The notes under the pieces: model-generated | What the model was told of the DNA's origin: nothing | What the model saw: only the letters and a program-made list of their open reading frames with translations | The model's database searches: none | Source: an uncultured Gemmatimonadales bacterium | Lineage (GTDB): Bacteria; Gemmatimonadota; Gemmatimonadetes; Gemmatimonadales; Gemmatimonadaceae | Length of the DNA: 64,000 nt | Direction of reading: 5' to 3' | Assembly: GCA_963793305.1 (NCBI GenBank) | Contig: CAWBZV010000003.1 | Span: 1,216,001 to 1,280,000 of the forward strand | Part shown: in pieces, positions 19,701 to 29,087 of the stretch | Layout of the letters: the number at the start of each line of letters is the position of its first letter | How positions within the stretch are numbered: position 1 is the stretch's first letter | Translations under genes and position numbers: made by a program

Positions 19701-22297
19701 AGGATGGATCGACCACGCTGAAGATCCCGATCACGGAGGCGTTCGTGCCGAATGCCTTCGTTTCTGTCTTCGCGACCCGCGGGCGTTCGGCTCCGCCTGG
19801 CAAGCTCGACGACCCCGGTCGGCCGACGATCCGCGTCGGGTACGCGTCTGTTCGGGTACTCCCTGCGGTGAAGACATTGGCGGTCTCCCTCGATCCCGAT
19901 AAGACCGAGTATCGTCCCGGCGACTCGGCGCGTATCGCGATCGAGGTCAAGGGACCTCGGTCCGAGGTCACGCTGTGGGCTGTAGACGAGGGCGTCCTAG
20001 CGCTCACCGGGTACAAAACGCCAGATCCCGTTGGCTTGCTCTACGCCGAGCGCGGCCTCGGCGTACGGCTGTCGAGCAATCTCTCATCAGTTGCCCCACA
20101 AGTCCCCCAGGGAGAGAAGGGTCGTCGCGCGCCTGGCGGTGGCGGTGGCGCGGCCGGCGGCGACGTGTTGCGATCTCGTTTCCAAACCACAGCCTTCTTC
20201 CTCTCCTCGGTCGTCACCGATTCGACGGGGCACGCGGTTGCTGTCGCCAAGCTGCCTGATAACCTGACGACGTTCCGCGTCATGGCGGTCGCTGTCACCA
20301 GCGGCGATCGGTATGGCAGCGCCCAGACTCCACTCCTCGTCACCCGGCCGCTGCTCATCCGGCCCGCGCTGCCACGGTTCGTGCGCGCCGGCGACACGTT
20401 CACCGCCGGCGGCGTCGTCAATCAACGCACCGGCGGCTCCGCCGCCGTGCGCGTACATGCCGAGGTGCGCGGTGCCGATCTGCACGGGGCTTCCGAGCAG
20501 GTCGTGAACTTGGAAGTCGGCAGGGGTCGTGAGGCTCGCTTCCCATTCACCGTGCCGGGACAGCCGGCCGATAGCGTGACGTTCACGCTTGGCGTTCGGC
20601 CGCGCGAAGCGCGTGCCGACGCTGATCGCGTGCGATTGAGCGTCCCGGTGCGCCCGGACTACACGCCACGCGCCCACACGATCGCCGGCGCGCTCCGCGA
20701 TACGGCGACGATTGTGCTGCAACTGCCCGAGGGAACGGACCCGGCGAGATCCAAGGTGTCGGTCAGCGCTGGCGGCTCGGTGCTGGCGATGATCAGCGGC
20801 GCCGCCAAGTCGTTGTACGTGTACCCGTACGCCTGCTCGGAACAGGTCACGAGCGAGGCGCTCCCGCTATTGGCCTTGTTGCGCGCCGCACCGGCGGGTC
20901 TCATGGATACCGCGGACGTCAAACGCCAACTCCGGCTCGCCGTTGACATTCTGAGCCGCCGGCAACGCGCCGACGGCGGGATCGGCCTGTGGGACGCGAA
21001 CGACTGGACATTGCCGTACTTGAGCGCCTACGCCGGTGAGCTGTTGGTCGGCGCCCGTGTGGCGGGTCTCGTGGTCGACGATAGCGTTCTCGCGCGACTT
21101 GGTCGCTATATGCTCGGAGTCGCGAGTACTGGTAAGGCGCCGATGTCGCCGGTCACGGAGATCTATCGCGAAGCCGGCGCACCGCTCAGCGAGCGCGTTT
21201 CGGCGGTTGCGTTCTTGCGCCGCGTCGGCCGCCCCGATATCGCGGCCGAAGACGACCTCGTGCGGCAAGCCGCGCAGTTGTGGCCAATCGACCGCGCCCG
21301 ACTCGCTACCGTAGTCGCTGGGCGAAGCGATGGCGTCAGTATCGCCCGTGCGCTGCTCGAGCCCGAGTGGGCGATGGCGCGCATGGAGGGACGCCGCGCG
21401 GTATTCCCGGACTCCGCGATGCACGCCTGGTATTTCCCGCGAACCACCTGGTTGACCGCCGAAGTGCTGCTCGCCACGCTGGCCGTCGATCCGGGGCACC
21501 CGCTGATCGGTCCGCTCGTCGAGACGCTGGTCCAGCAATCGCGCGCCGGCGAATACGAGTGGCTCTGGACGACCCACGACCTGGCGGCGCTCGTCACGGC
21601 GCTCTCGGCGTACGACGCCGCCGAACGCGCGGCCGTTGCGCGCGGCATGACCATACGCTCTGGAGGGCGAGTGGTCGATTCCGTGTCATCGCTCGCGGGA
21701 CTGCTCGACCACGGGAAGCTGAAGCTGTCATTGACCGCGAACGGTGGCGCCAGCGATGTGCCGGTCTACTACTACATCACGGTGAACGAGATTCCGCTGC
21801 GGCGGAACGTGACGCCCGATGATCAGGGGATCACGGTCGAGCGCTGGTACGAGAAGTACGACAGCAAGGCTCCGGTGGTCTCGGTCGCCGAGGGCGATCT
21901 CGTGCGCGTGCAGCTGCGGGTCACGGTTCGCGAGGACCGGCAGTTCGTTGTGCTCGACGATCCGTTGCCGGCGGGGCTCGAGGCCGTCGACCTGAGTCTC
22001 GCGACGAGCGGGTTGCCCGGGCCTGGGGTGCAGGAGTGGGAGCAATCCACCGAGACGTGGGGCTACGGCTACTGGGATGGCGGGTGGTGGTCGCCGTTCG
22101 ATCATTGAGAGATGCGGGATGATCGCGTCGTCTACGTGGCGACGGAGCTGTGGGCAGGGAAGTACACCGTTTCCTACGTCGCCCGTGCAACAACGCCAGG
22201 GATTTTCATTCGGCCGCCCGCGACGGCAACCGAGATGTACAACCCGGCGGTACAAGGGCGCTCCGACGGCGGCGTGTTCACGGTGACGCAGAAATGA
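16706..22297 (+). CDS. Bacterial alpha-2-macroglobulin (YfhM-like) with an in-frame TGA at 22106-22108
   Basis: FTDRGIYRPGE, AEYRPPEF, WAVDEGVL, LPDNLTTFRV and thioester motif YPYACSEQ. The same frame continues past the TGA with EMRDDRV...YVARATTPG...EMYNP to the stop at 22297. Confidence 0.93.
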
Positions 22298-24485
22298 AGG
22301 TGATCGCGCGCCGGGCCATCATCGCCGCCGTGGCTGCGGTCGTGGCCTTCGCCGGCTGGGTAGCGCTGCCGGTCCCCAGGCGAATGTTATCGGCTCCAGC
22401 GGCGCCGAGTGTGACGCTGCGCGACCGGCATGGGATCGTGCTGCGCACCACGCGAGCGTCCGACGGCACCCGTCAGCGCTGGGTCTCACTCGCAGATATG
22501 GACCCGCAGGTCGTGCAGGCATTTCTCGCAGTCGAGGATCGCCGGTTCTTCGAGCACCACGGGGTCGACCTCCGGGCGATGGCGCGTGCATTCGCGTCTG
22601 ATGCCCGCTCCGGCCGGGTCGTGTCCGGCGCCTCGACGATCACGATGCAACTCGCGCGCGAGCTGACGGGCGCCGGTCGGTCGTGGCCCGGCAAGCTGGC
22701 GCAGATCGCCTGGGCATTGCGTCTCGACGCGCATTCTCACGAAGCAAGAGATCCTCGAGCAATACCTGAACCGCGTCGACCTCGGCCAAGCCGCCGTCGG
22801 CGTGCCGGCTGCCGCCGCATTGTATTTTGGCACGACCGCCGGCTCGGTCGGCTTGGCCCATGCCGCGCTCCTCGCGGGGATGGCCCACTCGCCCTCGCGC
22901 GAAAATCCATTCACGGCTCCCGCGCGCGCTCGCGCGAGACGTGCGTACGCACTGACGCGCATGCGCGTACTGGGCTACGCCACGGCCGCCGACGTGATGC
23001 GCGCGCGCCGTGAACCGTTGGTATCGCCCGACCCATCCAACGCGTTCTTGGCGCCGCATTTTGTGGCACACGTGCTCAGTACGAATACCCGGGGGGACGT
23101 TCACGACGTCGCTCGATCTGGGTCTACAGGAAGAGATCGAGGGCGAAGTCCGAGCGACCGTCGATGCGCTGCACGATCGCGGCGTGCGACAAGCGGCCGT
23201 CGTCGTGCTCTCGAATCGAACCGGCGAGGTCCTTGCTTGGGTCGGGTCGCCGGATTTCTGGGCCGATAGCGCCGGCCAGACGGACATGGTGATATCGCTG
23301 CGGCAGCCCGGGTCGTCGCTCAAGCCATTCCTGTATGGGCTCGCGTTCGACGCCGGGTACACGCCGGCAACGTTGCTGTCGGACGTTGCGCGCACGTATC
23401 AGACCGCCGTCGGCAGCTACCATCCGCGCAACTATGACCGACGGTATCATGGACTCGTGCGGGCGCGCGAGGCGCTGGCGAGCTCGTACAACGTGCCCGC
23501 GGTCGGGCTCGCCGACACACTCGGCGTCGATCGGTTCTTGCGCACACTGCATCTCGCGGGCTTTGCCTCGCTCGAGCACAGCAGCGAGTACTACGGACTC
23601 GGGCTCGCGCTCGGCGATGGTGACGTATCGCTGCTGGAGCTAGCGAACGCCTATCGCTCACTCGCCAACGGCGGCCTCTGGCGGCCCGCGCGCTGGGACA
23701 TGGAGTCCCGCACAGCTCGTGCGGACGCTCGCCGTGTGCTCTCGGCCCGATCGGCGGCCTTCGTGCTGGATATTCTCGCGGACCCCGACGCGCGGACGCC
23801 GGCGTTCGGCACGATCACGCCGTTCGACTTTCCGTTCCCGGTCGCCGTAAAGACCGGGACCAGCCGACACTTCACCGACAACTGGGCCGTCGGGACGACC
23901 CGCGAGTTCACCGTCGCGGTCTGGGCTGGGAATTTCACCGGGCAGCCTATGGCTGGAGTGAGTGGCGTCACGGGCGCAGGCCCGCTCCTGCATCGCTCGG
24001 TCATGCTCACCGCGCGACGGTATCAGCCCGGACTGTTAGCGACACCCGCATTGGTCGGCGCCGAACCCGTGCGCATCTGTCGGCTGTCCGGCATGCTTGC
24101 GGGGCCGCAATGTCCGTACGTCACCGAGTGGTTTGCTCCGGGCACTGCGCCTACCCAACTCTGCGACTGGCACGTCGGTGATTCGCGCGTCGCTGATTCG
24201 CACGTCGCTGATTCGCACGTCGCTGGTCCGTCGACGGTACCGCACGCTCGGGTCGCGTTGCACCTCGTCTCGCCGCGCGATGGCGATGCGTACGCGATTC
24301 CGCCCGGTGTCGACGCGCGCTACGCGACATTAGCGCTACGCGCCGAAGGCGCGGCGCCAATGTCGTGGACGGTCGATGGCCAGCCGGTGGCGACGCCGCG
24401 ATGGCCGCTCGTGCCCGGTTCGCACACGATTACCGTCACGAATAGCACAGGCGAGATTGTTACCGCTCACATCGAGGTGCAGTGA
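22294..24485 (+). CDS. pbpC: Penicillin-binding protein 1C with frameshifts at about 22735 and 23100
   Basis: Transglycosylase EDRRFFEHHGVD, SGASTITMQLAR; transpeptidase RQPGSSLKPF, SYN and KTGTS; C-terminal Ig-like part. The ATGA overlap with alpha-2-macroglobulin is the established pairing. Confidence 0.92.
24171..24230 (+). repeat. In-frame 15-nt tandem repeat, about 4 copies (consensus CACGTCGCTGATTCG)
   Basis: Encodes HVGDS-RVADS-HVADS-HVAGP in the PbpC linker. Confidence 0.85.
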
Positions 24486-24498
24486 CATATTGGCGCGC

Positions 24499-25893
24499 AT
24501 GACAATGCGAAAGAAAAAGGCGTCAGCAAAGAAGGCGCCGGCAAAAAGGGCGTCAGCGAAGAAGCCGGCGAAGCGCGCGAAGAAGGCCGCCCCGACCACG
24601 GCCCCGGCAAAGGGGAACACGCAACCACTCCCCACAAACGGCCCTCAATTCGCGCAGCCGATCGTGACACCGGATCCCACGGCATTCACGGTGCAACACG
24701 GATCCGACACGGCCGCCTACAAGATCCTCGACAGCCAAAAGGGCAAGATCTTACCTCGACCATTCCCGGTCGCAAGAGAAGCAGAGCCCACAGTGACACT
24801 CGCCGATGCGATCGGTACGCAGGGCGCCTCAGTCACGGCCGCCATTCAGCGCGCAGGCCAGATCGTATTCCACGTCGTCGGCGACACAGGCAACACGAAA
24901 GGTCCGAAAGACATGGTGCTGGTCGCCGACAAGATGGTCAGCGACTACACGGATATCGACCCCAAGTCCGTGCCCTCGTTCTGCTATCACGTCGGCGACG
25001 TGGTCTACAGCTTCGGCGAAGGCCAGTACTACTATGATCAATACTATGATCCATTTCGGGACTACCCCGCGCCGATCTTCGCGATTCCCGGCAACCACGA
25101 CGGGATGGTGGCGCCGAACACAGAGTCGGTGACACTCGACGCATTTCTCGAGAACTTCTGCGCCGCCGGCGACCCACCACATCGCACGCCAGAAGCCGGC
25201 GAGCTCGTGCGCACGGCGCAGGTGCAGCCCGCCGTATACTTCACGCTCGAAGCGCCGTTCGTCCGCATCCTCGGCGTGTACAGCAACTGCCTCGAAGACC
25301 CGGGCATCATCTCGACGCAGAAGGGCACATATCCCGGCCTCACCGACGTGCAGCTCACATTCCTCGCGACGGGCCTCAAGCGCGTCGTCGACGAAGGCTT
25401 CGAGGGCGCGGTCCTGATCGCCGTGCACCACCCGCCGTACGTTGCCGCGCTGACTGGTCGACGTCATGGCGGCAGTCCGGTCATGCTGAAAGAGATCGAT
25501 GCCGTGTGTGCCTCAACCGGCTTCTGGCCCCACGCCGTGCTCTCGGGCCACGCGCACAACTACCAGCGCTTCACGCGCGCCAAGGATGGACGAGAGACGC
25601 CATATCTCGTCGCCGGCAACGGCGGCCACGCCGTCTCGCGCCTGACGCACAAGGGCAGTCCGACGCTCAGAACACCCCTCGCACAGCCCGCGCTCTCCGA
25701 TGGCGATGACACGATCACGTTCGAGAACTACGACGATCAGGAATTCGGCTATCTGCGCGTGATCGTCGATCCGACGCAGCTCAGGATCGAGTACCACCCC
25801 CAGTCTGACGGGGAAACGTCAAAAACGCCGGACGACTTCGTGACGGTGGAGATCGCCACGCGCAAACTTGTGCACTACCAGGCCGTTTCGTGA
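24499..25893 (+). CDS. Calcineurin-like metallophosphoesterase with a Lys/Ala-rich N-terminal tail
   Basis: GDTG, GDVVY, PGNHD, HHPPY, SGHAHNYQR. N-terminus MRKKKASAKKAPAKRASAKKPAKRAKKAAP. Confidence 0.9.
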   Translation: MTMRKKKASAKKAPAKRASAKKPAKRAKKAAPTTAPAKGNTQPLPTNGPQFAQPIVTPDPTAFTVQHGSDTAAYKILDSQKGKILPRPFPVAREAEPTVTLADAIGTQGASVTAAIQRAGQIVFHVVGDTGNTKGPKDMVLVADKMVSDYTDIDPKSVPSFCYHVGDVVYSFGEGQYYYDQYYDPFRDYPAPIFAIPGNHDGMVAPNTESVTLDAFLENFCAAGDPPHRTPEAGELVRTAQVQPAVYFTLEAPFVRILGVYSNCLEDPGIISTQKGTYPGLTDVQLTFLATGLKRVVDEGFEGAVLIAVHHPPYVAALTGRRHGGSPVMLKEIDAVCASTGFWPHAVLSGHAHNYQRFTRAKDGRETPYLVAGNGGHAVSRLTHKGSPTLRTPLAQPALSDGDDTITFENYDDQEFGYLRVIVDPTQLRIEYHPQSDGETSKTPDDFVTVEIATRKLVHYQAVS

Positions 25894-25918
25894 CACTCGT
25901 GACAAACGACGCCTGACT

Positions 25919-25936
25919 TTGTAATGTGGCTGTAAG
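25919..25936 (+). promoter_or_regulatory. Pho-box-like direct repeat (TTGTAAT-gtgg-CTGTAAG)
   Basis: Two 7-mers resembling CTGTCAT at 11-bp periodicity, upstream of the TonB-dependent receptor. Confidence 0.4.
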
Positions 25937-25949
25937 GTTGGGTTAGTGC

Positions 25950-26103
25950 TTGGAGTGAAACGACTCACAGGCACGGGCACCCCAACACTGAAGCTCATCG
26001 CTGTGACATTCCTGTGTCCCGCCGGTGACGATCGCCCTGACCTGACAGAACTAGGCTGACGGCGTTCTCGTGTAGCCATCTTTCCCCTCCAGTCAGGTCG
26101 GGT
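25950..26103 (+). ncRNA. Candidate structured 5' leader of the TonB-dependent receptor (unassigned family)
   Basis: 11-bp stem pairing 26036-26046 with 26092-26102, ending just before ATG 26104, plus several smaller hairpins. I recognised no riboswitch consensus. Confidence 0.3.
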
Positions 26104-29087
26104 ATGAGACTAGCGTTTGTCCGAGGCAGCATCGCGCTGGCCGCGGTGCTCGCCGCGTCGCGCATAAGCGCGCAGACTGGCACCGGTGCCATTGCGGGCA
26201 CCGTCAACGATGCCAACCGTCGCCCTCTCTCCGGGGCTATCGTCCAAGTCATCACTCCCCGCCTCGGCGCCTACGCGGGCGACGACGGCAGATATCGTAT
26301 CGAACGCGTGCCCGCGGGCGCGGTGCGAGTCGTGGCGCGTATCCCGGGCTATCGCTCGGATACCGCGGCGGTGACGGTCACGGCTGACCAGGCCGTCACG
26401 CATGACTTCGTGCTCAGGCCCACGAGCGTGCAGCTGCAGACGGTGAACATCAATTCGCCCCGGATGAACGAGACGAAGCAGGCCGCGCTGCAGGAGCAGA
26501 AAAACTCCGAGCAAATCGTGAGCGTGCTGTCGGGCGACGAGATCCGCTCGCTCCCGAACGCGAACGCCGCCGAAGCCGCGGCGCGCATGCCCGGTGTCAC
26601 CGCCGAGCGCGACGAGGGCGAAGGCAAGTTCGTCGAAGTCCGCGGCACGCCGCCGACGTTCACGAACGTCGAGATCGATGGCGTCCACGTTCCGGGTACG
26701 CTGAATGGCGATCGGTCGGTCAAGCTCGACGACGTGCCGTCGGACCTCCTCGGCGCGATCGAGGTCAGCAAGACACTGACGGCTGACATGGACGCGAACG
26801 CGATCGGTGGAACGGTCAATCTCGTCAGCAAGATCCCCGAGGGCGCGCCCCGCGGATACATCTCTGGCCAGTACGGCTTTCAGACGCTCGAGAACAACTC
26901 GAATGGCCAAGGCAACGCGACCTACGGCGGCCGTTTCGGTGACCACCAGCAATTTGGATTTTTGCTCGGTGGCTCGTATGACCGGACGAACCGGGTGCTG
27001 CAGGACGTTCGAGCCGACGTACGGGGCTGACTACGTGCAGGGAAACACCGTCACGCCAATCCCCAATGGCCCGGGGTTCAACCACTACTACCCGAGTGGT
27101 TGGAGCGAGCGCGAATACGACTATTACCGCACGCGGTACGGGCTCGACGGGGACCTTGATTATCGGTTCTCGCCGACGTCGTCAGTGTACCTGAAAGGCC
27201 TGTGGAGCGCGTTCTTCGACCAGGCCAATGTCTGGCACACCGAAGTGAACGGGGGCACCGACACGCGACTCGCGGATGGCACGTTCGCGGTGGAAGGCTC
27301 CAACATCACGCCGAACTCGTCGAACCGCGGACCGATCGAGCATACGTGGGGAAGTATTTTTGGAGGCAAACACTTGCTCGGGCCCGTTCACCTCGATTGG
27401 AACGGAAGCTACTCTGGTTCATCGGCAACGTCCCACAACAGCTTCGGCGATAACTACGGGGCCAGCCCGACCAGTGTCGTGTCGAACTTCGCCTACACCT
27501 ACGGCTCCAACAGCCGGCTCGTGCCACGCTGGTTCCCGACCGACCCGTCGGTCCTTACAGCGATACAGAACGGAGCCAACTTCCCGCTCCAACAGGTTGG
27601 CCAGGGGAGTGAAGGCATTGACGGACAAAACGTGGGCGGCGGCTTGAACGCGCTCATTCCGTACTCCATCGGAAACTTGCCGGCGAGCTTCAAGATCGGC
27701 GTGAAATACTACAACGAGCACAAGAGCGACAATCCGGACAACTGGAACTACGACAATAGTGTCAACAACTTGGGCAATTTGGGTCAATACGAGAGCAACT
27801 ATACCGTCAACGGCTACTACAATCATATCTGCGGCGGATGCTATCCGTACGCGCCATTCGGTAGCATTCCGGCGGTGCAGAACGCCCTGGGCACCCCCGC
27901 CTTCACGTCGCAGGCGGTGCATGCCCAGCAGACGTTCAACAACTTGCAGGGCACGTGGTCCGGAACGGAGCAAATCTCGGCCGTATACGCGATGCAAACG
28001 CTCGACGTTCGATCTGGTGCATATCAACATCGGGCTCCGCGCCGAGCAAACCCATCTCGGCTATGAGGCGTTCAGTCAGGATTCCTTGGGCGATACGACG
28101 GTCGCCAGTCTGCAGCATGTGCACAAGCAGCACACGTACAACGATCTCTTCCCGAGCGCCCTGCTCCGCTTCGCGGTCGATGAGAATACCAACATTCGTG
28201 CCTCGATCGGCTTTGCGATCGCGCGGCCGGACTACGGGACACTGATTCCGACCTTCAATTTCCCCGTCACTGCCACGCCGAACTCCATCAACAACGGGCT
28301 TACGGCCGCGAACCCCTTGCTCAAGCCGGAACGCTCGGTCAACTACGACCTCCTCGCCGAGCACTACTTCCCGTCGATTGGAGTGCTCTCGGGTGGTCTC
28401 TTCTACAAGCAGATCTCGGACTTCATCTTCAATCGCGTCGAGCCGTACAACGGGCAATTCATTTACGAGCCCCGGTTCCTGCCGACGCCTGGCAGCGTGT
28501 ACTACATCCAGCAGCCGCAGAATGGCCCGTCTGCCTGGGAGTATGGATTCGAGGCGGACTACACACAGCACCTCGCCTTCCTGCCTGGCGCCCTGCGCGG
28601 CATTGGGTTCGACATAAACTGGACATGGGTCGAGTCGCGGGCAGTGGTGCCGCAAGACACGACGGTCAATTACACGGATCAGAATGGCAACACGGTCTAC
28701 CCGTACCGCGGCCATCCCTTCCGCCACGCAATGATTCCGCGCCAGTTCCCGAACCTGTTCAACACCTCGCTACTGTACGATTACGGCCCGGTCTCGGCCC
28801 GCCTGAGCGGTCAGTACACGGCCGCCAGCATTTACGGCTACGGCCAGGACGGATCCAGCAACCCGAATTCCGGCGACAACTGGAACTATCCCCACTGGCA
28901 GGTCGATGGCTCGATCATCTGGACTATCTGGGGATCGACGGCGTTCCAGTTCCAGGTGCTGAATTTGAACAACGAGACGTTCGGCTTCTTCAACGGCAAC
29001 GGTCCGCCGGGAAGCGGTCACGGATACAACACGCAGCGCGAGTTTTACGGACAGACGTTCTGGTTCGGCCTCCGTCAGGGACTCTGA
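26104..29087 (+). CDS. TonB-dependent receptor with an N-terminal carboxypeptidase-regulatory-like domain; frameshifts at about 27010 and 28010
   Basis: Signal peptide; plug LPNANAAEAAARMPGV.ERDEGEGKFVEVRG and IEVSKTLTADMDANAIGGTVNL; barrel NPLLKPERSVNYD, NLNNE, YGQTFWFGLR. Spread over ORFs 26104..27030, 26807..28066 and 27759..29087. Confidence 0.92.

Noticed and set aside
22106..22144. Alpha-2-macroglobulin TGA as a second selenocysteine (hairpin CGTCGTC-TACGT-GGCGACG at 22126-22144)
   Set aside because: The column is not a Cys position as far as I know, the loop lacks the early G of bacterial SECIS elements, and such hairpins are common in GC-rich DNA.
24171..24230. Tandem repeat as a CRISPR array
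   Set aside because: 15-nt units with no spacers, in frame inside pbpC, and no cas genes in the window.
25894..26103. Cobalamin or TPP riboswitch upstream of the TonB receptor
   Set aside because: I could not find the B12-box or TPP core motifs; kept only as an unassigned structured leader.
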